Source: an uncultured Planctomycetales bacterium (lineage in GTDB: Bacteria > Omnitrophota > Gorgyraeia > Gygaellales > Profunditerraquicolaceae). Taken from it: a DNA stretch of 64,000 nt. How positions within the stretch are numbered: position 1 is the stretch's first letter; each line of letters opens with the position of its first letter. The stretch is taken from assembly GCA_964354795.1 (NCBI GenBank), contig CAYHBB010000016.1, positions 4,084 through 68,083 of the forward strand, in the 5' to 3' direction. A model generated the notes under the pieces. It was given only the letters and a program-made list of their open reading frames with translations, was not told where the DNA came from and made no database searches. Positions 24,941-35,304 of this stretch are shown piece by piece. The position numbers and the translations under genes are program-made.

Positions 24941-25465
24941 TTAACTCTTTTTTAGCTGTAAAGCTATAAATCCGGCTACACCCGCAAGACCCATCCCCAG
25001 ATACCCGTAGAGCGTAAGCCAGAGACCCACCCCGATCTTCACATTCAAGACCAGTTTATTCATATCGGTGGAAGCTATCTTATATACCCCGAGGACAAAT
25101 ACCAACGCGCATACCGCTCCAATCACCAGGCTCACCCATTTATTATTTCCAAAAGCTGCGAGCGCAAAGGCTACGGCAATAGCAAAAATGGGCGTAAACC
25201 AGACCAGATAGCTTTTCTTGTGGGCGTCTTTTACGTCTGGATTGAATATCTTGATCACGCTGATGGCCAGGCGCGAGTCGTCGCTATTTGCCATACGCGG
25301 GATACCGAATCCGCTGACGCTAGCGATATTGGCCTGAGCTTTACCGGTAAGGATTTTTGAGATCATTCCCACTTCCTGAGACTCAACATTCGCCCAAGGG
25401 AGAAAAAACGAGATGACGATCACCGCAGCCAGTGCTATGACGATAACGTTAGGCAACTTAGGCAT
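24941..25465 (-). CDS. Membrane protein
   Basis: 4 TM segments, FFLPW motif. Confidence 0.75.
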   Translation of the reverse strand: MPKLPNVIVIALAAVIVISFFLPWANVESQEVGMISKILTGKAQANIASVSGFGIPRMANSDDSRLAISVIKIFNPDVKDAHKKSYLVWFTPIFAIAVAFALAAFGNNKWVSLVIGAVCALVFVLGVYKIASTDMNKLVLNVKIGVGLWLTLYGYLGMGLAGVAGFIALQLKKS

Positions 25466-25479
25466 CTCAACCCTCCTTT

Positions 25480-25866
25480 TTATTTAATGTTGACAACAAA
25501 TTCTTCAATTTTTACCGGCGCTACACCCTTTTCCCAGGAACGTAAATATTGAAAGGATATATTTGTGCTACCGGGTTTAAGCGCTTTAAAGGTCCACTGC
25601 TGCTCGCATCCTGCTCCGATAAGAGTCGTATCTTCGGTCAGATATTCAGTGCCTAATAGCTGCAGGAATTGCGGATCAAGCGGCTTTGCCAGCTGCCACT
25701 CATAGCCGGTAGAAGGATTGGCGTAAACAGAGATGGCAAACTCCTCCCCTGCTTTAACTTCCATCAACTTCTTACCGTCAACAACCTTGACCACTGAGCT
25801 GTCTTTGCAGGCAAATAAACTCAAACAGCATAACAAAAAACCAAGCGCGAATATCCTGCTTTTCAC
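25480..25866 (-). CDS. Chagasin/ICP (I42) cysteine-protease inhibitor lipoprotein
   Basis: NPSTGYEW, GAG and RSW loops; lipobox LFAC. Confidence 0.9.
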   Translation of the reverse strand: MKSRIFALGFLLCCLSLFACKDSSVVKVVDGKKLMEVKAGEEFAISVYANPSTGYEWQLAKPLDPQFLQLLGTEYLTEDTTLIGAGCEQQWTFKALKPGSTNISFQYLRSWEKGVAPVKIEEFVVNIK

Positions 25867-25883
25867 TTGCTACCTCCTTAATC

Positions 25884-25936
25884 CAGGGACGGTTCTCATT
25901 GAGAACCGTCCCTGCTTGTATTAAGAACCGTCCCTG
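25884..25936. repeat. REP-like palindrome plus a third half copy
   Basis: CAGGGACGGTTCTCA-T-TGAGAACCGTCCCTG (25884-25914); AGAACCGTCCCTG again at 25924. Confidence 0.75.
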
Positions 25937-25937
25937 G

Positions 25938-28900
25938 TTATTCCGCGCCTTCCATGCGTTTGCGCGCGGCTTCTGAACGGGTAAGCTCAAATTTATCCAA
26001 GACCTGCGACTGGAATTTCTGCATATAGAGGAATAATCCGGGGGTGACAAATAATGTAATGACCTGCGAGAAGATCAAGCCACCTACGACGATAAGACCA
26101 AGCGGCCGGCGCGAAGAGCCATCAGCGCCGAAGCCAAGCGCGATAGGCACCGCGCCCATGATGGCGGCCAGGCCGGTCATCAGGATGGGGCGGAAACGCA
26201 CAATACAGGCGTCGTAAATAGCGTCGAAATCGCTGACATTACCCTTATTCAGGTTGGCGTTAGCGAAGTCCACCATCATAATGCCATTTTTAGCTACAAT
26301 ACCCAACAACATAAACATGCCGACATAGCCGTAAAGAGAAAGTTCTGACCCAAAGAGAAAAAGCGTAAGCAGGCCTCCGAAAGTAGCTACAGGCAAAGTA
26401 GTAAGAATGGTCAAAGGATGCACGTAGTTTTCATAAAGTACGCCAAGAACGATGTATTTAAGAAAGACCGCGATGATGATCAAAATACCAAGGCTTGCCA
26501 CTGCCTCCTGAAACTGCTGGGCTTCGCCCTGAAAGAATCCAGTGACACCCGGGGGAAATGCCTTGGCCGCGGAATCTTGCAAAAGTTTGGTGGCGTTGCC
26601 TATCGGCACACCGGGATCCACGTTAAAAGAAAGCGTGGCGGAATTAAGCTGGTTATAGTGCGGCACATTCTGAGGCCCCACACCCTGCTCCCAACTGGCA
26701 ATTGCGCTTAACGGCACAAGGCTCCCCCCTTTGCTTCCGTGAGGAACAAGGGACGCGGCCTGTGTCGAATGCAGATAAATATGCGATAGGTTCTCGGGAT
26801 TCTTCTGAAATTTCTTATCCAACTCTACAATAACATTGTAGATATCCACGTCAGTCTTAAAAGTGGTGACTTTACCTTGAGCGTAGGACAGAGCCAGCGC
26901 GTTTTCGATATCCTGGGCAGTGATGCCAAAGGTGGATGCCCGGTCGCGGTTGATCTTGATATTAAGCTGGGGCATATTCAGCTTGACGCTGTTTTGCACG
27001 TCGCGGATACCGGCAAGCCCGCGCATGGTCTTTTCAAAATCCAGAGCTGTCTTATAAAGTTGGGTCTGGTCCGGACCAGTCAAGACATAGGAATACTTAG
27101 CGCCCGAAGCCGTACTCTCGGCACCCGCGCTTATCTTTAAGGTCGGCACCGGCTCCAAAAACACGAACCCGCTGGGAATCCTGCCCAGCTTTACGCGCAT
27201 TTTTTTGGTGAACTCCTGGATGCTCATCTTTCTTTCATCAAGAGGCTTCAGAACGCAGACGAAAAATCCGGTGCTTTGATCCGCTCCGGGATTTAACCCG
27301 GTCACGGTCAGGAACCTGTCCACAATTTTATCCTCGATCACTACCCGGTCAATAGCGTCCTGATAATTCCGCACTTTAGTAGTGGATGTGCCAAGGGGCA
27401 CCAGTATCCCGCCGGTTATAAATCCACTGTCTCCTTCAGGCAAAAACGACTGCGGCAAAATAAAGAAAAAGACGATCGTCCCCACAAAACAGAATATCCA
27501 GGCAAAGAGCGTAGTCAGAGGCCGCTTCAGGGTCCAGGTAAGCCAGACTCCGTAAGTGTCAATCACCCCTTTCATAAATTTATTCATATGCTTCTGCAGG
27601 GCTTTTTCTTTTTCCTTGCCCTTTTCTTTAAGCATGCGCGCGCACATCATCGGGCTTAAGGTCAGTGAGATCACCCCCGAGCAAAGAATAGCCAGGATTA
27701 CGGTGATAGCAAACTCCTGAAATACCCTTCCTACTGTCCCTCCCATAAAAACCAGCGGCACGAAAATGATCGTGAGAGACAAGGTCATGGAAATGATGGT
27801 AAAGGTGATTTCTTTAGCGCTTTCGATAGCCGCGGCCAGCGGCTTCATCCCCTTTTCTATCAGGCGCACGGTATTTTCCAGGACGACGATAGCGTCATCC
27901 ACGACAAACCCGACGGAAAGGGTGAGGCCCATCAACGACAGGTTATCCAGGCTAAAATTCAGAGCGTACATCAGGATAAAAGTGGCCACAATGGATAAAG
28001 GTAGGGTGATACTGGGGATGATAGTATCTGAAAGGCTGCCCAGGAAAAGATAAATGATCAGAATAACCAGGATAAGCGCGATTATGATAGTGAGCTTTAC
28101 GTCATTGACTGATTCTACAATTGTAATGGACTTATCATAAAATATATCCAGCTTTACCGAGCCGGGGATCTCCTTTTGCAACTGCGCCACCGTATCCCTC
28201 AGGCGCTGGGCAAGGGCTACGGTATTGGCACCGGCAACACGGGAAACCGCGACCACTACTGTCCCGCCTCTTACTCCCTCTTTGGCTTTTCCATAATCGA
28301 CGTTCATCACGTCGTTATCTACGCTATCAATGCACCTGCCGATATCCTTAAGCCGGATAGGCGCGTTATTGCGGTAGGCGACGATGACATTCTCGTAATC
28401 CTTGGCCTTAAACAGCTGACCCTTGGGCTCAATGGAGAAGGTGCGCACTTCTCCGTTAAGGCTTCCTCCGGGGACAGTGACTGTGCCGTTATTCACGGAG
28501 TTAGCCACCTCAGCCATACCTATCTGATAAGCGGACATTTTATTGGGATCGACCTGCACTCTTACCGCAGTCTTGGCCCCCCAGGTCTGCACCTGCGAAA
28601 CATCCTCGACCATACTCAGGCGCTGGCCGATAGTGCGATTTCCGAAATCAAAAAGCTGTCCGGGAGTAAGGGTGTCGGAATTTACCAGAAAATACATGAC
28701 AGGCGTGTCGCTGGGGTTGGTCTTGGAATAGCTTGGCGGCGCCGGAAGGTCCGTTGGCAGGTTCCCGGTAGCCCGCTGGATAGCCGCTTGCACGTCAGGG
28801 GCAGCCAGATCGACGCTGCGGCTAAGCTCGAAAGTAAGCATGATACTGGTCTGGCCTTCGGTGTTAGTGGAAATAATGGTGTTGAGGCCGGGGATCTGGG

Positions 28901-29114
28901 TAAACTGGTTCTCTAGAGGGGAAGCCACAGTCATAGCCATGGTGTTAGGGCTTGCCCCAGGATAGGCTACGCTTACGGTGATGACCGGATAATCCACAAC
29001 CGGCAGGTCGCTGATAGGTAATTTAAAGTATGCCGCGATACCAAATATCAGAACCACCACCATTACCAGGGTGGTCATTACGGGCTTTTTAATAAAGTTT
29101 TCTGAAAAATTCAT
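25938..29114 (-). CDS. RND efflux permease (AcrB/MdtB-C family)
   Basis: 1058 aa; GFVVDDAIVVLEN, KNGIMMVDFA, RFRPILMT. Confidence 0.95.
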   Translation of the reverse strand: MNFSENFIKKPVMTTLVMVVVLIFGIAAYFKLPISDLPVVDYPVITVSVAYPGASPNTMAMTVASPLENQFTQIPGLNTIISTNTEGQTSIMLTFELSRSVDLAAPDVQAAIQRATGNLPTDLPAPPSYSKTNPSDTPVMYFLVNSDTLTPGQLFDFGNRTIGQRLSMVEDVSQVQTWGAKTAVRVQVDPNKMSAYQIGMAEVANSVNNGTVTVPGGSLNGEVRTFSIEPKGQLFKAKDYENVIVAYRNNAPIRLKDIGRCIDSVDNDVMNVDYGKAKEGVRGGTVVVAVSRVAGANTVALAQRLRDTVAQLQKEIPGSVKLDIFYDKSITIVESVNDVKLTIIIALILVILIIYLFLGSLSDTIIPSITLPLSIVATFILMYALNFSLDNLSLMGLTLSVGFVVDDAIVVLENTVRLIEKGMKPLAAAIESAKEITFTIISMTLSLTIIFVPLVFMGGTVGRVFQEFAITVILAILCSGVISLTLSPMMCARMLKEKGKEKEKALQKHMNKFMKGVIDTYGVWLTWTLKRPLTTLFAWIFCFVGTIVFFFILPQSFLPEGDSGFITGGILVPLGTSTTKVRNYQDAIDRVVIEDKIVDRFLTVTGLNPGADQSTGFFVCVLKPLDERKMSIQEFTKKMRVKLGRIPSGFVFLEPVPTLKISAGAESTASGAKYSYVLTGPDQTQLYKTALDFEKTMRGLAGIRDVQNSVKLNMPQLNIKINRDRASTFGITAQDIENALALSYAQGKVTTFKTDVDIYNVIVELDKKFQKNPENLSHIYLHSTQAASLVPHGSKGGSLVPLSAIASWEQGVGPQNVPHYNQLNSATLSFNVDPGVPIGNATKLLQDSAAKAFPPGVTGFFQGEAQQFQEAVASLGILIIIAVFLKYIVLGVLYENYVHPLTILTTLPVATFGGLLTLFLFGSELSLYGYVGMFMLLGIVAKNGIMMVDFANANLNKGNVSDFDAIYDACIVRFRPILMTGLAAIMGAVPIALGFGADGSSRRPLGLIVVGGLIFSQVITLFVTPGLFLYMQKFQSQVLDKFELTRSEAARKRMEGAE

Positions 29115-29117
29115 GGT

Positions 29118-30299
29118 TTACTTCTTCTTATTCTTCTGGGCAGCAGCCTGCGCCGCTTCCATAGCTTTCATTTGCGCGGTATCAATGACCAAAGCCCCCG
29201 GGCTTAACCCAAGCTGTCCGGCAGTGACCACTTTTTCACCGGATTGTATACCCTGATAGATCACAATATTGCCCTCCTGGCGGCTGCCGCTTTTGACCAG
29301 CCTAAGGTCCGCTTTATTATCAGCAGTGACCACAAAAACATAAGGGCCGTTTTGGCCAAGCTGTACCGCTTCATACGGCACCTGTACCGCATTTTTATCT
29401 ATGTTTAAAATAAGCCTGACAGTAACAAACTGCCCGGCCCACAATTCTCTGTTTTTATTAGAAACGATAGCCCGCAGGAGAAATGACCCGGTAGTGTTAT
29501 CTACGGCGTTATCCAGCAATAACAGCTCACCCGTATACACCTTATCCGGAGCGTCGTTTGAGGCGATCTCGACTTTAAGCGTACCCTTGCTCATCGCCTC
29601 ACGCACCCTGCCCAGATCCACCTCAGTGACCATAAAGTCAATATTCAACTCATCAATAGTCTTGATGTTGACCAGCGTCGGGCCGTCATTGGCAATGATG
29701 ACATTTCCGATATCCACCTGGCGCTTTCCCGTGAGCCCGTCCACCGGAGAGCGGATAAAACAGTATTCGAGATTTATCTGAGCAATATCCACGCCAGCTT
29801 TATCCATACGCACCTGCGCCTCAGAGCCCGAGAAATCAGCGGAGTAGCTATCGTAATCCTGCTTAGAAATAAGCTGCTTCTCAAAAAGAACCTTGTTTCT
29901 CTCGAAAGTCACTTTCTTAAGCTTCAGGTCGGCAAGAGCCTGGTTTAAAGCTGCCCGGGCTTTATCCAGCTGAGCCTGATACGAGGCCGGATCAATGGTG
30001 ATAAGCAGGTCTCCCGTTTTTACGTCCGAGCCCTCAGTGAAGTTTATTTCTTTGATCTGCCCGGTGACCTGGGCTTTTATATTTACGTCGTTAAGTGAAT
30101 AGAGATTGCCGAAAGACTCCAAATAAACAGGCGCGTCTTTAGTGAAGGCCACTCCCACATCCACCGGGCGGGGGAACGCCTGCGGCGCGAGCTTTTTGGC
30201 AAAGCAGCCTTTGAAGATAAAGAAGGCTCCCACGAGCGCGCAACCGATGATGATCAATTTTGTAAGCTTATTGGATTTCTTAGGTTTATCCATTATCAT
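29118..30299 (-). CDS. RND membrane-fusion protein (MdtA-like)
   Basis: VxAQVTGQI...EGSDVKTGDLL, IRSPVDG, VDNTTGS. Confidence 0.93.
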   Translation of the reverse strand: MIMDKPKKSNKLTKLIIIGCALVGAFFIFKGCFAKKLAPQAFPRPVDVGVAFTKDAPVYLESFGNLYSLNDVNIKAQVTGQIKEINFTEGSDVKTGDLLITIDPASYQAQLDKARAALNQALADLKLKKVTFERNKVLFEKQLISKQDYDSYSADFSGSEAQVRMDKAGVDIAQINLEYCFIRSPVDGLTGKRQVDIGNVIIANDGPTLVNIKTIDELNIDFMVTEVDLGRVREAMSKGTLKVEIASNDAPDKVYTGELLLLDNAVDNTTGSFLLRAIVSNKNRELWAGQFVTVRLILNIDKNAVQVPYEAVQLGQNGPYVFVVTADNKADLRLVKSGSRQEGNIVIYQGIQSGEKVVTAGQLGLSPGALVIDTAQMKAMEAAQAAAQKNKKK

Positions 30300-30312
30300 T
30301 ATCCCCCTAGAA

Positions 30313-31848
30313 TTAATTTTTTGCCGCTTCTATCTTAATATTAGGCGTGCCGGTGGAATGCGCTAGTGCCGCCAAAAACACGAACACGTCCTGCTTTGAC
30401 TGGATCAGGCGGCTGCGCGCCGAAGAAAGGTCGCTTTGCGCCTGAGTTAGGTCAAGAATGCTTTTTAATCCAGCGTTGTAACTTTCTAAAGCCAGGTCAT
30501 AAGAATTCACCGTAGTGTCGAAATACGACTGGCTGAATTGAAGCTTCTGCACCGCGGTGTTGAAATCATAATATTTCACCCAGACATCCGAACTGGCCGA
30601 TAGCTCGGCCTGGATCAACTTATCCAGGGCCACCGCGCTCTCAGCGTCCGCCTGCTTCTTAATGTTTAGGTTGCTGAACCCGTCAAAAATATCCCAGTTG
30701 ACGCTGGCGTAACCGGAATAATCCCGCTGATTGTCTTTAAGGCCTCCAGAATTAACATATTTATATTTATTATCCGAGACAGTGCCCCCCACGCTTACGC
30801 TCGGCAGCATATTCGAAAGCGCCGCCTTTACCGCGGCCTGCTTAGATTTTAACTCGGCCTTGAGCGCCGCTATATCCGGACGCTTTTGCATAGCCTCTTC
30901 TATCAGGCGGCTTACATCATCCTCATTGATCCCCGTAGGCAATTCTTTGGTTGGGGCCACAATATCAAAATTAGTGTCAGCAGATACTCCGATCGCCAGG
31001 GCAAGATCAGCCTTGGTGGTCTTTACTTTTCCCTTAGCGCTTTCCAGATTATACAGGGAATTCTCGTAATTAGATTTTGCCTGAAGCACATCCAGCTTTG
31101 GTACCAGGCCCACGTCGAATTTAGCCTGGGCCGCGTCGTAATCCACCTTGGTATTCTGCACATCGAGCTTCGCCGCCTCTACCTGAGATTGCGCGGCGTA
31201 ATAATTATAGTAAGTCTTTTGCACATTGAGGATCAGGTCCTGCAAAGACTGGTCATACTGGGCATTGGCCTCAAGCACCTTTTGGAATTTAGATTCGATA
31301 TTCGCTCCCCTGCCTCCGAAATCCAGGATCAGCCAGGTAAGCTGTGCGCTGGGTCCGTAATGCGTATCGTTAAAGCGGTTGGCGGGGATATTGGAGACCT
31401 GCTTCTCCCTGGTTCCCGTTGCCGCAATGGTAAGCTGCGGGTAAAGATTGCTCTCCGCCTGCTTCTCAATCGCCCGGGAAACCCGGATCTGATCCCAGTC
31501 CTGGCGGGTCTGGGGATTATTGGTAAGCGCCATGTCGATAAGCTCGGTCAGGGTGTAATTCTTTTCGGATTTTGTCTTTTGCTTTTGAATTGACTTCCAG
31601 GCAGGGTCAATGATCTTGGCCGGTTTAACTGGCTTAGCTTTTACCTTTGGCTCTGAAGACTGTTTAGCCTCGTTCTTCTTTTCGTAAGCGAAACTTTGAG
31701 CAAAATCCCGGGCATCTTGCGCCTGTTCGGTCTTATCGGCATTGACGCTCATGAACGAAGGCGCTGGAGGCGTCTTAAGATAATGACAACCGGAGGTCAA
31801 AAGTGATAAACTTAAAATCAAAGTTGTCTGTCGCGCGAAAATATTCAT
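30313..31848 (-). CDS. TolC-family outer-membrane efflux lipoprotein
   Basis: Lipobox LTSGC; LIDMALTNNP, RPDI, YNAGLKSILDL. Confidence 0.9.
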   Translation of the reverse strand: MNIFARQTTLILSLSLLTSGCHYLKTPPAPSFMSVNADKTEQAQDARDFAQSFAYEKKNEAKQSSEPKVKAKPVKPAKIIDPAWKSIQKQKTKSEKNYTLTELIDMALTNNPQTRQDWDQIRVSRAIEKQAESNLYPQLTIAATGTREKQVSNIPANRFNDTHYGPSAQLTWLILDFGGRGANIESKFQKVLEANAQYDQSLQDLILNVQKTYYNYYAAQSQVEAAKLDVQNTKVDYDAAQAKFDVGLVPKLDVLQAKSNYENSLYNLESAKGKVKTTKADLALAIGVSADTNFDIVAPTKELPTGINEDDVSRLIEEAMQKRPDIAALKAELKSKQAAVKAALSNMLPSVSVGGTVSDNKYKYVNSGGLKDNQRDYSGYASVNWDIFDGFSNLNIKKQADAESAVALDKLIQAELSASSDVWVKYYDFNTAVQKLQFSQSYFDTTVNSYDLALESYNAGLKSILDLTQAQSDLSSARSRLIQSKQDVFVFLAALAHSTGTPNIKIEAAKN

Positions 31849-31855
31849 AAAATCT

Positions 31856-32848
31856 TTACCACTTAACCTGCCTCAAAAACTCCGCCGACTCTTCGGGGAG
31901 CGCGGTATTAATAAACATGCCGCTTCCTAACTCAAATCCCGCCGGCTGCGTGACCCTGGGAATGATGCTGATATACCAGTGAAAATATTCCGTGCCCCGC
32001 TCTTTTACCGGGATGGAGCGGATATTAAAATTGTAGTCCGGATTATCCAGGCCATAATAAAGTTTCTGCAGGACGGTCTGAAGATTTACCGCTAGGTCCT
32101 TTATCTCATCATCGTTTATATGCGCGAAATACGCCGTGTGCCTGCGCGGAAATAACCAGGTGGTAAACGGCGACGGCCCGGCAAAAGGCATAAACGCCAC
32201 AAATTTATCTGTTTCAAAAATAATACGCTTCTTAGTTTTCAGCTCCTCTTCCATCGTCTTACAAAATACGCATTGACCAGTCATATCAAAATAATGTACA
32301 GCTTTTTCCACGCGGCCCCTCATCTGCGGCGGCACGATCGGTGTGGCGATCATCTGCGAATGCGAGTGCTCGATGGAGGTCCCGGCCATGGCCCCATGGT
32401 TCTTGAAGATGGTTATCGCCTCGATCCCTTCGACGCGAGTCATGGCGGTATATCGCAGCTTGTACATGCGGATGATGTCCTCGACTTCCTCTTTTCTCAT
32501 CAAAGGGATGATCATGTTGTGCAGCGGATGCTCGATCAGGACCTCGGAGACGCCGAAACCTCCCATCGATAAATAGATGCTATCCAAATTCCTCAGGCGC
32601 GGGGTGTTCGGGGAAAACGCTCCGAACAGGTTGGTCACCGAACGCACCTTCCAGCTCTTTTCGTCTCCTAAGCGGTATATCTCGCCAGGTGTCTTAACTT
32701 CGTTGCCGGGACAAAAAGGGCAATCCGCCCTGTACTCAGGCAGGGACTTCTTCTCTCTTACCTTGACAAATTCCTCCGGCCGCTTAGCGCGCTCAGTCGC
32801 CATCACCACCCACTCTCCGGAAACCAGATTATAGCGTAATTCTGACAT
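31856..32848 (-). CDS. galT: Galactose-1-phosphate uridylyltransferase
   Basis: RAKRP, CPFCPGNE, HSHSQ, AGFELG. Confidence 0.92.
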   Translation of the reverse strand: MSELRYNLVSGEWVVMATERAKRPEEFVKVREKKSLPEYRADCPFCPGNEVKTPGEIYRLGDEKSWKVRSVTNLFGAFSPNTPRLRNLDSIYLSMGGFGVSEVLIEHPLHNMIIPLMRKEEVEDIIRMYKLRYTAMTRVEGIEAITIFKNHGAMAGTSIEHSHSQMIATPIVPPQMRGRVEKAVHYFDMTGQCVFCKTMEEELKTKKRIIFETDKFVAFMPFAGPSPFTTWLFPRRHTAYFAHINDDEIKDLAVNLQTVLQKLYYGLDNPDYNFNIRSIPVKERGTEYFHWYISIIPRVTQPAGFELGSGMFINTALPEESAEFLRQVKW

Positions 32849-32863
32849 AACGAGTCTCCTCTA

Positions 32864-33460
32864 CTACGGTTGGGCTTTCTCTTGAGTAAGCGCGGTTTCT
32901 TTTATAGCCGCAAAATCTTCCCTGAGCGTAATAAGTTTATTTTCTAAGGCTTCGATTTTACGGTCAAAGGCTGATCCCAAATTTATCACCTGAGCCTTGA
33001 CCTGAGAGCTTACTTCCCGCAGCGCTTTAAGCGCATCCAAATTTTCTTTATTAAAAGCTAAAGATTCCTGCCTGTTCAAATCCAGCTGAGTTGCAAACTT
33101 AGATTCTGACTGCTTACTAGAGTCATCAAGCTGTTTTAATGAGACAACAAGCGCACTGATACGCTCCTGCAGAGATCTATCCAGCTCATCAAGCGTAGTC
33201 TTTAATCCGTCCAGCCCCTGGGAATAATCTTGGACTATCTCTTTCTGGCTATCAATGCGCTCGATAAAATTCCGCGCGTCTTTCTTGGTCTCCACCTGCT
33301 TCTGCACGTTCTGGGCTATCTGCCAACGATCCTCTATCTCTCTTGCCACATCCTCCTGCATTAGAGAGAACTTTTCCTGCTGATTTTTGTGCAGATAATA
33401 TAAAGCCACGCCGTCCAGTAAAACCAGGACTACAAGAAAAGTTACTAACGCCTTTTTCAT
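32864..33460 (-). CDS. Membrane-anchored coiled-coil protein
   Basis: N-terminal TM helix followed by heptad-rich sequence. Confidence 0.7.
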   Translation of the reverse strand: MKKALVTFLVVLVLLDGVALYYLHKNQQEKFSLMQEDVAREIEDRWQIAQNVQKQVETKKDARNFIERIDSQKEIVQDYSQGLDGLKTTLDELDRSLQERISALVVSLKQLDDSSKQSESKFATQLDLNRQESLAFNKENLDALKALREVSSQVKAQVINLGSAFDRKIEALENKLITLREDFAAIKETALTQEKAQP

Positions 33461-33942
33461 TTATGCATCAATTTGTGCGTGACCAAAAGCGTGAGGATTA
33501 CTATAGGTATGAGTATGTCATTTACAAAAAGCACCGGCCCGACGTTATAGATAGCGAAGTTCTGTTTTAAGATCATATCCCGGATATGCCCGCTTGCCGC
33601 GCCCAGCGAGAATATCGCGCTGCCGATCCCGGTCGCCCACCAGAAATTGCCTCTTATCCACATGCAAAGGACCCCCAGGACCCCAAAAGCAAGATTAGCG
33701 ATAGCTACCTCAAACTGAAACGGGCTTCCCGTAGGCCAGCCGATGCTGGTGGCTACTCTGTCGGCAAGAAAAGCGTGGCCGGTAAAACTGAATAGCCCGG
33801 TGCAGCCGATATTGATAAAAAGAAAATAAGCCAGGATCACCTCGATAATGCGCCTGGGGCTGAGGCGCTTTTTAGATTTACGTAAAAGCAGATGAATTGC
33901 CGCGACAACCAAAGTTATGCTTAAAAATACTAATGGATACAT
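33457..33942 (-). CDS. Conserved membrane protein (DUF6790-like)
   Basis: IGWPTGSPFQFEVAIAN, GAASGHI. Confidence 0.7.
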   Translation of the reverse strand: MYPLVFLSITLVVAAIHLLLRKSKKRLSPRRIIEVILAYFLFINIGCTGLFSFTGHAFLADRVATSIGWPTGSPFQFEVAIANLAFGVLGVLCMWIRGNFWWATGIGSAIFSLGAASGHIRDMILKQNFAIYNVGPVLFVNDILIPIVILTLLVTHKLMHK

Positions 33943-33953
33943 TGCTAACCTCC

Positions 33954-34349
33954 TTAATTTGCCCGCCGAATTCTCTTTTCCATTTTCTTTATCTTATGCC
34001 AGTTCCTGATGATCTCATGGGCTGACTTTACTTTTGTGGTGCCGAAAACATGCGGATGGCGGCGCTTTAGCTTTTTGATCAGCCCCTCTATCACATCCTC
34101 GATGTCAAAGCTACCTTCTTTGGAAGCGATCTGGGAGTGAAACATCACCTGAAGCAAAACATCTCCCAGCTCTTCTTTCATGTGATGCGTGTTGCCCTTA
34201 CGCACAGCATCACAAAACTCACCCGATTCTTCTCTCAAATATTTAAGCAGTGATCTATGCGTCTGCTTCTTGTCCCAAAGGCAGCCGCTTGGCCCATGGA
34301 GGGTCTGAAACAGCTCTTTAAGCTGGATAAACTTCGTTCGCTTGGCCAT
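33954..34349 (-). CDS. mazG: Single-domain MazG nucleoside triphosphate pyrophosphohydrolase
   Basis: GCLWDKKQT, EELGDVLLQ, RRHPHVF. Confidence 0.88.
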   Translation of the reverse strand: MAKRTKFIQLKELFQTLHGPSGCLWDKKQTHRSLLKYLREESGEFCDAVRKGNTHHMKEELGDVLLQVMFHSQIASKEGSFDIEDVIEGLIKKLKRRHPHVFGTTKVKSAHEIIRNWHKIKKMEKRIRRAN

Positions 34350-34437
34350 ATTAATGTTTTATTCTATCCTATATATATACTTATTTCAACCAGATTTTAG
34401 TGGTTTTACCATAAATTTAAGTGTAAAATATAAACCA

Positions 34438-35304
34438 ATGAAAATCAATCTGGCTAAATCCGCGGGGTTTTGTTTCGGGGTAAAGAGAGCAATCGACATC
34501 GCGCTTAACAGCGCGGCTTCGGCTAAAAATATCTACATGCTCGGAGATATTGTGCATAATGAAACAGTAGTCAGGCAGATCAAGAAAGCGGGGATCAAAA
34601 AAATCAGCAGGCTAAGCGACGGCGCCGGAAAAACAATTCTTATCCGCGCCCATGGGGTGCCCCTTTTGACCCTGAATAAAGCGATCAAGTCCGGATACCG
34701 GATCATCGATGCCACCTGTCCCATGGTCAAGGAAATCCACAAAATCGCCAAGGATATGGAAGAAAAAAATTATACTATCATCGTTATCGGAGATAAAAAT
34801 CACGATGAGGTGCGCGGGATCGTCGGACAGCTTCGGGGTAAAGCCATAGTAGTCGATGATATTAGAAATACACCGGGTAGGACATTCAAGAAAGCATGCG
34901 TGGTCGTTCAGTCGACCCAAAATATACAAAAAGTCCTCAAGATCATAAAGGCTTTGCAGCCCCATACAAAAGAACTAAAAGTTTTCAACACTATCTGCAA
35001 ACCCACTACCATGCGCCAGGATGAAGCAAGGCGCCTGCCGCTGGAAAACGACGTGATGCTGGTCATCGGCTCAAAAGAAAGCGCCAATACCAAAAGACTT
35101 TATGAGATCTCTAAATCGCTAAATACCAGAAGCTACTGGGTGGGCTCAAGAGAAGATATTAAGAAGTCCTGGTTCAAAGGTGTTAAAAGTGTCGGGATCA
35201 CTGCCGGAGCCTCTACTCCCGAATCAACCACGCAAAACATCATCAACTACTTGAAAACGTTTAAAATCAATCCCCGGCAGGTTTTATCTTTTGTGCCGGC
35301 TTAA
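34438..35304 (+). CDS. ispH: 4-hydroxy-3-methylbut-2-enyl diphosphate reductase
   Basis: AGFCFGVKRA, DATCP, NTIC, SANT, TAGASTP. Confidence 0.95.
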   Translation: MKINLAKSAGFCFGVKRAIDIALNSAASAKNIYMLGDIVHNETVVRQIKKAGIKKISRLSDGAGKTILIRAHGVPLLTLNKAIKSGYRIIDATCPMVKEIHKIAKDMEEKNYTIIVIGDKNHDEVRGIVGQLRGKAIVVDDIRNTPGRTFKKACVVVQSTQNIQKVLKIIKALQPHTKELKVFNTICKPTTMRQDEARRLPLENDVMLVIGSKESANTKRLYEISKSLNTRSYWVGSREDIKKSWFKGVKSVGITAGASTPESTTQNIINYLKTFKINPRQVLSFVPA

